64,000 nt of DNA from Dictyostelium discoideum (taxonomy: Eukaryota): the NCBI GenBank assembly GCA_000004695.1, contig CM000150.2:4512001-4576000 (forward strand). The letters are read 5' to 3'. Of the stretch, positions 13,064 to 32,907 are shown piece by piece; the first letter of the stretch is position 1; every line of letters starts with the position of its first letter. The position numbers and the translations under genes were made by a program. The notes beneath the pieces were generated by a model. It ran no database searches and had not been told where the DNA came from. It saw only the letters and a list, made by a program, of their open reading frames with translations.

Positions 13064-13868
13064 TTAGTTTTAGTTTGTTAAAAACAAAAAAAAAAAAAAT
13101 TTTGATAATTATCCAGTTTAGTTTTTTTTTTTGATTTTAAATATTTTTAGTTTTCTTATTTTATTAAATAACTTTTTTTTTTTTGCCTTATTAAATCATG
13201 ATTATTGTTTGTTTATACTTGGAAATGCACAATGTTGTTAAATTCTTTCGTTTCAATGAATACTACTTTTGCTCAGATATTATTATTATTATTATTAATT
13301 TGATATATTTAAACATTTGAGTAAATTACTTTTTCATTGGCACCGTCCTTGAAAACTCGATTATCGTTATTATCTATTTTTGGAGAATAATTAAAAAAAA
13401 AAAAAAAAAAAAAATTAAAGTGTCTTTTCAATTTAAATAATTCCTATTTTATCAATTGTTTATTTTTTATTTTTTACTATTTTAGAATCAATAAATTATA
13501 GATATTCTTAAAAATGATAGATTTGCCAATAAAAAAAAAAAAAAAAATTAAATGGTTTATTATTTATCTAACATTATAAATTAATTCTTTTAATTTATTG
13601 AAATATTGTTTAATGTGTGAAATTATTTATCAAACAAATTGTGAAGTTTTTTTTTTTTTTTTTTTATAAATCTAACTAATTTTATATTATTATTTTCACT
13701 TAATAATTTGTTAATTTTACTATTTTTTGCTAGTTTGTCTTATCTAGATTTCTTTGTATTTATATGTACATAAAGTAAATAATATTACAAAAATAATAAT
13801 AATATATATACATATATTAAAAAAAAAAACTGTTAAAAAAAAAAAATAGAGGGTCAAAAAAAATATGA

Positions 13869-13917
<49 letters not shown>

Positions 13918-13964
13918 TATTTGTACAAATTAATTTAAAAGATGGTTTGCACACAAAAGTTAAA

Positions 13965-13996
<32 letters not shown>

Positions 13997-15246
13997 ATAT
14001 ATTAAAAAACAAAAAAAAAAAAAAAAAACTGTTTAATTTAATTCAATAATAAAAATGTGAGGGGAAACCCACCATACAACTACACACCACATAAAAAAAA
14101 AAAAAATTAAAAAATTAAATTCAAAATTCCAAATAATATATATAGAAATATTGATATAATTTATATTAATAATATAAAAATTTTACACATAAATGGAGAG
14201 AGATATAAAAAAAAAAAAATAAAAAAAAAAAAAAATTTAAATTTTTTTAAGAGGGGAAAAAAAAAAGTGTTGGTGAGATACTAAATATTTAGTGTTGGTT
14301 TTTATTTTTTTGCAGTTAAAAAAATTTTATTTATTTTGAATTAAATTTTTTTTTTTTTTTTTTTTTTTTGGCTCATAAAAAAAAAAAAAATTTTTACATG
14401 GAGCTGCACACAAAATTTTTTACTCATTAATTTTAAACGCAGCATAGAGTTTGTATGTATAGGTTTTCTATTATAGTATAGTATTATATAATATTATATG
14501 TTGTGTAGTATTTGGAACCGTTTTTTTTTTTTTTTTTTTTTTTTTTTGTTTTTTTTTTTGTTTTTTTTTTTTTTTTTCAAAATTTCAAAAATTAGTTGTT
14601 ACTCCTTCTATAATATATTATTATTTATATAAACTATAAAATAATAATTTTTTTTAAAAAATCATGTAGAAAATTATAATTTCACCTTTTTTTTTTTTTT
14701 TTTTTTTTATTTAACAAGTTTTAGAAAAAAAAAAAAAAAAAAATAAAAAAATAATAATAATAAAAATAATAATAATAAATAAAAGAAAAAAAAAAAAAAA
14801 AAAATTTATAGAGGAGAAAAAAAAAAAAATAATAACAAAAAAACAATTTAATAAAATGTAAAATTCGTTTGTTTAAAAAAAAAAAAATTTTATTTTATTT
14901 ATTTATTCATTTTTATAATTATCTCTTTCTTTTTTTTTTTTTTCAATTTTTTTTTCAATTTTTTTATTTTTTTTTAGCCGTTAGACTTTTTGCCCACTTT
15001 TTCAAAAATATCACATTTTTTTTTTAAAAATTTTTTTCAAAAAAAATACAAAAAAAAAAAAAATTAGAAACTAACAAATTTTTATTTTTTTATTTTATTT
15101 TATTTTTTTTTTTTAAAAAACTATTTTTATTTTTTTAAAATTATCTCTATCTTTCTAAATATATATAATAGTTTTTTTTTTAAAACTTTTTATATAAATT
15201 ATATATATATACTCTTTTTAAAAGAAAACAAATAATCAACTAAAAA

Positions 15247-15672
15247 ATGAGCTCATCTGATGAATCAGGATCATCATCCTCAGAATCTGAAAAGAAAGTA
15301 AAGAAGACCCCAGTCAAGAAGCCAAAGAAGGAACCAAAAGTTTCCAAAAAGGGTAAGAAAGAAGGTAAAAAAACAAAGAAGAAGCCAAAGGATGAAAATG
15401 CTCCACGTCGTTATTTATCACCATTCATCTTTTTCTCAAAGGACCACAGATCAGTAATCAAAAACTCTCATCCAAACTGTTCATTTGGTGAAATCGGTAG
15501 CTTATTAGGTCAAGAATGGGCTAAAATCTCTGCAGAGGACAAAAAGAAATACGAGAAATTAGCCGCTGAAGATAAGAAGAGATGGGAACTCGAAAAGAAA
15601 AACTATGATGAAAAATTAAAAACCCAAAGTCAAGCAGAATCTTCATCCGATAGTTCTGATGAAAGTGATTAA
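15247..15672 (+). CDS. HMG-box non-histone chromatin protein (NHP6/HMGB-like), 141 aa
   Basis: The box reads [74 protein letters not shown], a canonical HMG-box. It is flanked by lysine-rich N-terminal and Ser/Asp/Glu acidic tails and is a single exon. Confidence 0.85.
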
Positions 15673-16757
15673 ACTTTTAATTTAATTCACTCAATTATTT
15701 GTCACCACTATTACCATCATCATCATCATAATCATCATAATCAATTCATTCATCAATCAATCAATTCATCCATCATGTCTACAACCAACTGTGTCACTCT
15801 CTCTTTCTCTCTCTACCTTTGTTGTTTATTTATAAAACCCAAACCAATCAACATTTCAACCACTACCAACCAAACAAATAAATAATAATAAAAAAAAAAA
15901 AAAAAAACCAAACTTTTTTTAAATTAAAAAAGAAAAAATAAATAAAAAAAAAAAAAAATAATAATAATAATAATAATTTATAACTGTTTATTCATTTTTT
16001 TATTTTATTTTTTTTTTATTTATTTATTTATTTAAATAAAGATATCAAACCTTCTTTGGAAAATTCAAGATTTTTTGATTTAATCAAAAATACCAAAACA
16101 AATATGTGTTGATAAATTTCAACATTTTCCCCAATTAAAATATATTAATCGATTTTCATTAAAATCTATATACTTTTTTATAAACATTTTCTTTTAATTC
16201 ATTTTTAAAATAATTTAATTTATTATTAAATAAGAATTTTAAATTATTTTTTAATTTGTATTTGACCTATTTAAATTATTTTAAAAATACTAAAAGAAGA
16301 ATTTACTTTGGTAATAGAAATTTTTTTTTTTTTCAATTTAATTTATTTTATTTGTAGATATCTTTAGAGGTAATTTAAAAAACTGACAATTAATAATTAT
16401 TTTATTTTATTTTATTTTATTTCAATTCCTTACAAATTACGTTTTAAAAAAATCTTTCAGTATTGGGTTTAAATGGTTTTATCTCTGGAAATAAATAAAA
16501 TAGTTCGAACTTGGAAAATAATTAATTCTTTTTTTCCAAAATTAAAAAAAAAAAAATTAAAAAAAAACAATTTTTTAATTTAAAAAAAAAAAAAAAAAAA
16601 AAATTTTTAATTATAAAAAAAAAAAATTTAATTATTATTATTTTTTTTTTTTTCAATTAAAACACAATAATTTATTTTATTCATTCATTTTATTTATTTT
16701 TATTTTTTTATATTTTTTTTCATAACACTTTTTCATTCATTTATTTTTTTTACAAAA

Positions 16758-17451
16758 ATGCCAAGATTTAATATCCAACAATTAAACAATTATTCACATT
16801 TATTTAAAAGACAAGTTAGAGTATCAGATTTAAACTATAATTCACATTTAGACCATTCAAATATTTTAAAAATTGTTCATGGTATGTATAAATTATTTTT
16901 TATTTAATTTTTTAAAAAATTTTAACAAAAAAAAAAAAAAAAAAATAGATGCAAGAGCTGAATATTTTAGAGAATTAGGATTTTCAGAGAAAAATTTATT
17001 ACCAAAATCAAATAAATTAGTACACGGTATAGTTGGAGATTTACAAGCACAGTATTTAAATGAAGGTGAGTTATTTGAAGAATTATTAATTGAAACTGAT
17101 TTCATTGAAAGATCAAGATGTGGATTTAGAATAACACATAGAATTAAATCATTGAAACCATTTGGCTCTTTGGATCAATTTAATAATAAAAATAATAATA
17201 ATAGTAATAGTAATAATAATAAACCTAATGGTATTAATTATAATAATAGTAATATTGGTATAAATAAACCAATAGGAGAGAATAGTAATGAACAAAATGC
17301 AGCTGGTACAACATTTAAAAATATAGCTTTGATTGAGGTCGGTAATGTGGCAATATCTACAATTGATCATCAACCTTTTGAATTACCAGATTCTTTCTTT
17401 AAAACTGTTGGTTTAAATAAAAATTTTCAAATTACAAAAATAAAACTTTAA
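16758..17451 (+). CDS. Hotdog-fold acyl-CoA thioesterase (4HBT/YbgC-like) with a C-terminal poly-N extension; exons 16758..16882 and 16949..17451
   Basis: Exon 1 reads MPRFNIQQLNNYSHLFKRQVRVSDLNYNSHLDHSNILKIVH and ends with one extra nucleotide before a GTATGT donor at 16883. The acceptor is ...aaaaatAG at 16948, and exon 2 continues DARAEYFRELGF.... The motif VRVSDLNYNSHLDHSNILKIVHDARAEYF matches the 4HBT/YbgC N-terminal signature (hydrophobic-x-D-x-N-x-H-hydrophobic-x-N-x-x-Y). Confidence 0.5.
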
Positions 17452-17636
17452 TAAATTCTTTATAAAAAATTGAAATAATAATAATAATGATAATAATAAA
17501 AAAAAAAAAATTTTGGATTTAAATAAATATATTATTAAAATAAAACACTTTTAAATTTTCTATTTTTATTTTTTTATTTATTTATATAATATTCTTTAAA
17601 ATTTCAATTTATTAAACTATGTATACCTGTCAAACT

Positions 17637-17675
<39 letters not shown>

Positions 17676-17919
17676 CAAAAAAATCCAATCTAAACCAGAC
17701 CAAATCATTAAAATATTTATTTGAAATTGGTGAAAAGATTTTTTTTTTTTTTTTTTTTTTTTCAATTTTTTTTTTTTTTTTTATGATTTTCTATTTTTTT
17801 TTTTTTTTTTTCTTTTTTCTTTTAATCAAATTAGTTTACACTATACAAATCATCCCAATTAAAATTTATATTTGATTTAGTTTTTTTTTATTTTATTTAT
17901 TTTTTTATTTTTATTTTAA

Positions 17920-19250
17920 ATGACAATTTTAAATAGATTTTGTAGGACAATTTTATTAACTAATTTAGAATTAACAAATTGTGGTATTAGAAAAAATAAT
18001 AGTTATAAATGTAGATCTTTTACACATACAATTAATATAGATACAAATCATATCGTTCCTATACATACACAATCAAATATAACATTGGAATTATTTCAAC
18101 CAAAAATTTCAGTTGTAAGTCAAAATATTCCATATTATTTCCAATAAAAAAAAAAAAAAAAATAAAAAAAAATGAAAACTAATTTTTTAAAAAATAATAA
18201 TAATTAATAAATAAATAAATAAATAAAAAAAAAAAGGTTGGAGTTGGTGGAGGTGGTGGAAATGCAGTTAATCATATGATATCACAAAGTTTAGAAGGTG
18301 TTGAATTTTTTGTATGTAATACAGATAGCCAAGATTTAATTAAATCAAATAGTATAAATAAGATTCAATTAGGACCTCAATTAACCAAAGGTCATGGTGC
18401 GGGTGCAAATCCAGAAAAAGGTAGATTAGCAGCAGAAGAATCAAAAAATAAAATTATTCAAACTTTTAAAGATACAGATTTATTATTTTTAGCAGCAGGT
18501 ATGGGTGGTGGTACTGGTACTGGTTCTTCACCAATAATTGCAAAAACAATTAAAGAGTTTAAAAAAGAAACAATTATAGTTGGTGTTGTAACTGTGTATG
18601 TATAAAATCATTATCATCATCATCATCATCATCGTCATCATCACTATATTATTAATTATTTTATTATTACTAATTTTAACTTTAATTTTAATTTTAATTT
18701 TAGACCATTTAATTTTGAAGGTAAAAGAAAAGAAATTATAGCAAAGAAAGGATTAGAAGAGTTGAGTAAATATGTTGATACTTTAGTTGTTATATCAAAT
18801 CAAAATCTATTGGATGCAAGTAAATCTGATATTCAATTGGAACAAGCATTTTTAATGGTTGATGAAATATTGCATACTGGAATTAGATCAATTGCAAATA
18901 TTATTAATGTACCTGGTATGATTAATTTGGATTATAGTGATGTTGTAAATATTTTAAAAAATAGAAAAGGTTTATCAAGAATTGGATTTGGTGAAGCATC
19001 TGGTGAGGATAGAGCATATAAAGCAGTACATAAAGCAATTAAGAATCCATTAATTGAAATTGATGATCAGAAATTCACTGGTTTATTAGTTAATATAAGT
19101 GGTGGTAATGATATAACTTTAAATGAAATTAGTAAAACTATAAATTATTTACAACAAAATGCTGATCCTGATGTTCAAGTTTTCGTTGGTCATACTGTTG
19201 ATAATTCTTTATTAGGTAAAATAAGAATTTCTTGTTTATTTGTACATTAA
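17920..19250 (+). CDS. fszB: Mitochondrial-type FtsZ (organelle division GTPase); three exons 17920..18114, 18237..18595 and 18704..19250, about 366 aa
   Basis: Exon 1 (MTILNRFCRTILLTNLELTNCGIRKN...) looks like a mitochondrial presequence, with a GTAAGT donor at 18115. Exon 2 begins VGVGGGGGNAVNHM... and carries the tubulin/FtsZ GTP-binding loop AAGMGGGTGTGSSPIIA; it ends at a GTATGT donor at 18596 after two nucleotides (gt) of a split codon. Exon 3, from the acceptor TAG at 18701-3, begins with the a that completes gta (V), giving GVVTV|PFNFEGKRK (E. coli has VAVVTKPFNFEGKKR). The predicted length fits the shorter of the two Dictyostelium FtsZ paralogues (FszB). The symbol is tentative. Confidence 0.8.
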
Positions 19251-19256
19251 AATTAA

Positions 19257-19305
<49 letters not shown>

Positions 19306-19796
19306 AAAAAAACCAAAAAAAAAAAGTAAAAATAATATGTTTATTTTTTTTTTTTGGTAATTAATTATTTGTTTTTGTAAAGATAAGTAAAAAAAAAAAA
19401 TAAAATAAATAAAAATAAAAAAAATAAAAAAAAAACTTGGAAATCATTTTTTAAAATGTATTTGTTTTTTTTTTTTTTTAATTATTAAAATAAAATCTTT
19501 AATCTAAAAATAATTTTCTAAAAATAATCTTTTTTTTTTTTTTTTAAAAAAAAAAAATATCTTTTTTATTTTTTGACATTTATCCACGTAAATAATATTT
19601 GTCCAACAGACATTTTCAATTAATTGTTTTTTTATTTTTTTTATTTTTTTAATTTTTATTTTTTTTCAAATTCGACTTTTTTTTTTTTTTTTTTTTTTTT
19701 TAATATTTTTTTTTTGTTAACACCACACATTAAAACTTTATATATAACAATATACATATATATATATATATATATAAAAGAAAAAAATAAAAAAAA

Positions 19797-21209
<1,413 letters not shown>

Positions 21210-21213
21210 ATTT

Positions 21214-21250
<37 letters not shown>

Positions 21251-22159
21251 AGTTACTCTTTAAATAAATAAATTTTTTTTTTTTTTTAGTATAATTGTAT
21301 ATTTAAAAGGAATTTATTTATTTTTTTTTTTTTAGATTAAATCAAAAAACAATAACCATTTTTACTTTTCTTCAAAATATTCCATCTTAAATATTTATTA
21401 TAAGGCTTAATCTTTCTTTTTCAGGTATTATTGATCGTAAAAATGAAATTTAAAAAATATTAATCAATATAAATTCAAATTTATATTTTTTAAACCTTAT
21501 TTTCACAAACAATAATACAATAAAAAAGAAGGGATTAAGCCTTTTAATAAATTTTAAGATGATTAGTAATATTAAAAATTACAGAAATATTCCATTGAGT
21601 TTTTAATATTAATTCAAACTTTTATCCTTTTATTTCCCAAATTAAATAGTTTAATTTTTGTTAATTTAATAATTTAATATTATAGATTTTTATTTTTATT
21701 TTTTTTAAAATTTAATTATATGTTGAATATTTTTGCACAATAATTTAAATAATAATTTTAAAATAATACTCACCTAAATTTTTACTGATGTTTAATTTGA
21801 ATTTTTTTATTATAGAAATAAAATATAGGTAATGATTCTTTATTTAATAATTTTCTTTTATATTTAGTTATTATGTATAAGAATTTCTATAACCTACATT
21901 AAAAAATAAAAAAAGTCTAATTACAGTTTTTCTTAAAATAATAGTGTTTAATTAATTATTTTACAACAATTATATGTACCTTTTTGTATCAATATAAGAG
22001 TTTAACTTTGATAGGTTGTTTATATATTATTTATTTTTAAAAAAGAAATAATTAATAATTCATTTTTTTTTTTTTTTTTTAACTGAAAATAATTTTTGAA
22101 AAACTTTTAATTATACCTTTTTTATAAATAAAATTTTATTGCAGTATTTTTTTGGAAAA

Positions 22160-22190
<31 letters not shown>

Positions 22191-22438
22191 ATTTTTCCAT
22201 ATTATAAAATTATTTTTATCTAATTAGGTTCATTATTTTTATAATAAATAAATTTACCCCAAATTTTAGAAATGGGGTTTAAAATAATTTAATTTTTTTT
22301 TTTTTTTTTTTTTTACCATTCAACTAATTTTCCAAAAAAAAAAATAAAAAAAATAAAACTGGAAAAAAAAAAGGTGTAAAGTTATACTAGTTTATAATTG
22401 TTATTTTTAGTAACCATTTTAAGCCAAACTAAACAAAA

Positions 22439-22675
22439 ATGATTTTTAGTAAGTATTTTGTTTTATTATATATATATATTTTTTTTTCCAAATTAAATAC
22501 TAACTCATTTCCAGAATATTTATCACAAATTTCCAAAAATACAAATAAAACCACAACTAAAAAATTTGAAAACAATAGTAATGTTATGGAAATAAAATTC
22601 TCAGTGAATGTTGTCCAAAAAAGCAGAGGTTCAGTACACACATTCTTTTATACTAGACCAAATTACTCTATTTAA
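22439..22675 (+). CDS. Small 78-aa ORF of unknown function
   Basis: A real ATG at 22439 is followed by MIFSKYFV...EIKFSVNVVQKSRGSVHTFFYTRPNYSI. A GTAAGT sits at 22449, which might instead define a short intron. It stands alone in a 1.6-kb AT-rich spacer and there is no homology I can name. Confidence 0.2.
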   Translation: MIFSKYFVLLYIYIFFSKLNTNSFPEYLSQISKNTNKTTTKKFENNSNVMEIKFSVNVVQKSRGSVHTFFYTRPNYSI

Positions 22676-22904
22676 ATAATCAAAAAAAAACCTTGTAATT
22701 TTAATAATAAATAAATAAATAAAATTGTATAAATACTATGAAAACTATATATGTATAAACTTTTTTTTTTTTTTTTTTATAATTTATTTATTTTATTAAA
22801 AAAACTTTAAAAAAAAAGATAATAGTGCTTTTATGATTTCTTTTTTTAGAAAACGTAAGCACATTAATTCTTTCTAATTCAATTGATCATAAACGAGGGA
22901 GTTA

Positions 22905-25648
<2,744 letters not shown>

Positions 25649-25869
25649 AGCTGTTGGTTCCTTTTTAATGACACTTCCGTAATTGATAGTGTGAGGCTGT
25701 ATTCTATTGTTTATATATGATGGTGGTGGTTGTTGGTTTGCAATTTTGAAACTATTGCTTAATTACACTACCTTCTTGTGAGTGTATTATATTGTATAAT
25801 GTATTGTTATATGTTTATTGTTGTTGGTGGACTTTTATTGCCTTTTGTTGTTGGTGGACTTTTGTTGTG

Positions 25870-25902
<33 letters not shown>

Positions 25903-26139
25903 GAAAAGAAAAGAATTAACAAATAAAAAACTTTAAATAATTTTTAAAACCCTTTCATATAATTATTTTTATTTGTATTTGTATTATTTTTATTATTATT
26001 ATATAATAAATGATATTTTTCTTGTTATTGTTTTATCTGTTTGTTTTGTATATGTGTTAAGTTTTTTTTTTAATGTGGTGTTTTTTTGTTGGTTTTTTTT
26101 TTTTTTTTTTCAATCAAAATTTTTTTTTTTTTTTTTATT

Positions 26140-26176
<37 letters not shown>

Positions 26177-26474
26177 ATTATTAATTGTAATTAAATTATT
26201 TGGCTAAAAATTTTAAAAGATTATGTGTTAATTAATTGAAATTGTTTATCTATTTTTTTAATTGGAAAAAAAATAAAAAAAAATAAAAAAAAATTGGTTA
26301 TAAAATTTTTTTTTTTTTTTTTTTGGGTTTTTATCTTATTAATGTTGATATAATTAATTGGTTTATTGATTATTAAAAATATTAATAAAAAATACAAATA
26401 GGAAAATAAAAATAAATAAATAAATAAATAAATAAAAATTACTTTTTTATTTTTTTTTTTTTTTTTTATTTCTT

Positions 26475-26525
<51 letters not shown>

Positions 26526-26726
26526 TGTTTTCAACATTATTTATTGTTGTTATTAATTCCCATTAAAAAATGTTTTGTTAAATTTTTGATTGTGCAGTAG
26601 TTAGTAGTAGTGGTGGTGGTGGTAATAGTAGTAGTAGTAATATAATGGTAGTGGGTGGTTAGTGATATAATTACATTTATTTGCAGTTAACAAGAAAGAA
26701 AAGACCAAAGAAACAAACACTTTTTT

Positions 26727-26773
<47 letters not shown>

Positions 26774-27912
26774 TTAAAAAAAAATAATAATAATAATAAT
26801 AATAAAAATAAAAAATTAAAAAATTAATTAGTTAGTTAGTGGGTGTTAAAATAGAGCGAGAGAGGTGAATGCGTGATAATATTAATAATGTTATTATTAT
26901 TATTATTATTTTTATTATTATTATTATTTGATAACATTAATATCAAAAGATATTGGATGATGGTAATAATTTGGCATAAAAAAAAAAAAATAAAAAAATA
27001 AAAATAAAAAAAAATTAAAAATAAAAAATAAAAAATGTTTGTGGGTTGTATTTATAAATTAAACAGATAATACATATCGATATACTGTTGCATATATATA
27101 TTTTTTTTTTATTATTATTTTTTTTATTTTTAAATTTTTTTTTTTTTTTTATTAATAATTTTATTTTTATTTTTATTTATTTATTTAATTTTTATTACTT
27201 CATTTTGCACACAAAATAAATAAATAAATAAATATTAAAAAAAAAATAAAAAAAGTTTTTTTTTTTATTTATTTATTTTCCTTAAATATTTATTTACCAA
27301 TAATAACATAAGATTTATTGAAAAAGAAAGATAAAAATTTTAAAGAATGTGATAAGTCACTAAAATAGGTTAAATTTATAGATATTAATAAAAAATTAAA
27401 TTTATATAAATTAAAAATAAAATATTAAAATATTTTTTTTATATAAAAAAAAAACAATAATAATAATAATAATAATAACCTAAAACTTGACAAAAATTAA
27501 AAAAATAAATAAACTTGGATAAAAAAAAAAATTATATGACTTATTGTTTTAAAAAATGTTTTTTTTTTTTTTTAATAATTAATTTCTTTTTTTATTTTTT
27601 TTATTTGGTTTTTTTTTTTTTTTTTTTTCCCAATAATAATATTTGTGATGGTATAGGGTTTGTATACATATTTAATATTTTTTTTTTTACTATTTTTTTT
27701 AATGTTGTTATTTTTATTATTTATTATTTTCCATATTTATACCTTTTAAAATTTTTTTTTTTTGTTTTTTTTTTTTTTTTTTTGTATTTTTAATTTCTGA
27801 ATACTTTATAAAAAAAAGAAAAAAAATATCTTTTTATCTTTATAGAAATAAAAATAGTGGAACAATCTATTATTATATGAAGTAAAGAAAATAAATTAAA
27901 ATTTAAAAATAT

Positions 27913-27948
<36 letters not shown>

Positions 27949-28193
27949 ATTAAAAACAACAAAAATAAAAATAAAATATAAAAAGTAAAAAATTAATTTC
28001 CTTTTTTTTTTTTTATTTTTTTTTTTTTATTTTTTTCTTTTTTTTTTTTTACTTCCAAATAAATTAATAGATAGTGAGTGGTGGTGTGTCAATTATACTA
28101 CTTTCGCGAGAATGAAAAATAAAAAAAAAGCGCCTTGAGTGAAAATATTTTTCACCCCCTAGCAGAAAAAAAAAATGAAATGAAAATTTTTTT

Positions 28194-28225
<32 letters not shown>

Positions 28226-28495
28226 GTTTGGTATTTTGTTATTAAATTATTAATTTAAGTACCCATCACCATGCACATTTGTGTGATTTTGCCCACTGTC
28301 CAATCTCTTGTAAAAAAAAATTGTTTCCAAGATTCTCGAAAAAAAAATGAAAAAAAAAAAAAAATAAAATAAAATAAAAATATCTTTTTTTTTTTTTTTT
28401 CATTTTTTTTTTTTTTTTTTTTTTTTCATAATTTCACAATATCCAAAACAAAAACACAAAAACACACACACACTCCCACAACAATTTCAAAATAG

Positions 28496-28526
<31 letters not shown>

Positions 28527-28669
28527 CTTTGCAAATTTTACAATTCTATTAATAATTTTTAATTTTGAACCCACAAATTTTTGATATTTTTTTTAATAAT
28601 AAAAAAATTAAATTGATTAAAAAAAAAAAATAAAAAAAAATAAAAAAAAATACCCAATACCAAAACACA

Positions 28670-30577
<1,908 letters not shown>

Positions 30578-30639
30578 ATGATATTTTTTTATTTATTTTA
30601 AATCGTTTTAATTATTTTTTAATTTTTATTTTTTTTTTT

Positions 30640-31788
30640 TCAAAGTAAAAATGGAATTAAAATTTTTCTTGATTTTGGATATTTATCACCAAATTCTTTT
30701 CTATATCTTCTATGTTTACCAACAGCCCAAATCCACATTTGAGCAGCACCCATTAATGCGAAAATCCATGAAGTTAAAGTTTGTGTGAGAATTGAGAACC
30801 CAATCCAAGATAAGATTTCAACGGTATAATTTGGACATGATACAAATTCAAATAATAAACCACGTGGAATCTTACGTTCTGTTGAACCTGCTGGACGAAG
30901 ATTTCTTAATTGAATATGACAAATGTAATTGAAAACTTCACCAATAATCCATAATCCTAAACCAAGGTAAACACGTTCAATTGGTGCTTCAGTGTAGAGT
31001 GGATGATTTACAAAGTATGATACCATTGCTGTACATCCCCAATAATATGAACAATTTTTAAAAAGATTAAAAATTGGCATTGTACCATGACTAAATCTAT
31101 GAACGAAAATTGTTTCATAAATTCTTTTAATATAATGAAGTGAATAACAAACCAATGCAACTCTATATAGATAAAAAAAATATTAAAAAAAATAAAAATA
31201 AAAAATAAAAAAAAAATGTATTAGTATTTGAGTGTGTGGGGTGAAAGAGAAGAGAACTTACTTTTGAGCAAATGATTTTGGTGAATCAGTACCATAAATT
31301 AAATTTGATAAAAAGTAAAAGATTGGATAAACAAATAATGGACCTGCATATTCACAAATGAAAACTAATGACCATGAAATTTGTGGACCTAAATCTTTAA
31401 AGTAAAGGGTTGAATCTGCTCCGACATGTTTAGAGACTAAATCACTATCTTTACCTAATGCCTCAAATGCATTTGGTAATTTTGAGGTCTTACTTGGTAC
31501 TGCTAATCTAATTCTTTCTGTTCCAAGTCTAGCTATATATATAAAAAAAAAAATTAAAAAATAAAAAATAAAAATATAAAAAAATAAAAAAATAAAAATA
31601 AATAAAAAATGGTGATTATATATTAATATAAAAGTAGAAATAAATTTTTAATAATAATAATAATAATAAGAAAACTTACTCTTTGAGGAAATTTGCTTTT
31701 TTAATTCACCAACTGTTGTTGACGAAGAAGTTGAAAATGAACCAACTTCTTTTTTTGATCTTTGTGAAACAACTTTAATATCAACCAT
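30640..31788 (-). CDS. Very-long-chain trans-2-enoyl-CoA reductase (TECR/Tsc13, steroid-5-alpha-reductase family); exons 31788..31680, 31532..31262 and 31162..30640, 300 aa
   Basis: Exon 1 is a ubiquitin-like N-terminus (MVDIKVVSQRSKKEVGSF..). Exon 2 reads LYFKDLGPQISWSLVFICEYAGPLFVYPIFYF, matching human TECR [27 protein letters not shown]. Exon 3 reads LHYIKRIYETIFVHRFSHGTMP..FKNCSYYWG..HRRYRKEFGDKYPKSRKILIPFLL. The donors are GTAAGT at 31679 and 31261, the acceptors are ...tatatAG, and the phases are consistent (109+271+523 nt). Confidence 0.85.
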
Positions 31789-31992
31789 TTTTTATTTTAT
31801 TAGTTGTTTTTAAAAAAAAAAAAAAAAAAATAAAAAAAAATTTAAAAAGGCTCCATGAAAAAATTTAAAAAAATTAAAAAAAAAATCTTAAAAAAAAAAA
31901 AAAAAAAAATAAAAAAAATAAAAATGATCAACTAAAAAATTTATTCTATAAATTACTAAAATAGTACAAACGAAACCCTATAAAATTAAAAT

Positions 31993-32037
<45 letters not shown>

Positions 32038-32599
32038 TTTTAAATAGTTGATCCTAATTTACTAATCTTTGAAAAAATAAAAATTATATTCTAATTTTTT
32101 TTTTTTTATTTTTAAACAAAATAATAAATTTAAATTTGTTTGATCCCTTTTTTTTTTTGAATTGGATTTAAATATATTGTAAGTAAATTTGTTTGATCCC
32201 AATTTATTAATCTTTTAAAAAAAAAAAAAAAAAAAAAAAGATGAAAAATAAAAAAAAAATAATTGTAAATAAGTGAACCGTTTTGGGAAAATTAAAATTA
32301 AAAAAATAAAAAGTTAAAAAAAAAAAAAAAAAAATTTTAATTTAAATGGTAATCCCTTATTGCCCTACAAAAAAGGGAAAAAAAAAAAATTCAGGAATTG
32401 TTTTTTTTATTGTTCTTAAGCAAATCATAACCTTGTCAATATATATAATTAATGAGTCAAACCCGCTGCTTCATGAATAAATAAATTTTTTTTTTTTTTA
32501 TGAATTTGTGGTGAAAATTTTTGAAGTTTTTTCTTATTTTTTATTTATTTTTTTTAATTTTTTTTTTTTTTTTTTTTTTCAATTTAAATTAAAAAAGAT

Positions 32600-32638
<39 letters not shown>

Positions 32639-32907
32639 AATTTCATTTACAATTTGTTTATAATTACAAATAACTATTTTTATATTTTTATATTTATTAT
32701 TTTTTTTAATATATTTTTTTATTTTCATTTTTTTGGATAAACTTACATAAAAAGATAAAAAGAAAAAAATGTCTGTAAGTATATAAATTTTTTTATTTAT
32801 TTTATTTTTTTATTTTTTTTTTTTTATTTTTTACAAATATTAAATAAAAATAAATATTTAAATGTATACTAACAAAAATAAAAAAATAAATAAAATTAAA
32901 GAAACCA

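Noticed and set aside
32769-32774. ATG TCT immediately followed by GTAAGT, 130 bp upstream of the UBA1 start
   Set aside because: It could be a 2-codon first micro-exon, but the ATG at 32908 already aligns with the start of the conserved E1 N-terminus. There is no way to confirm it without transcripts.
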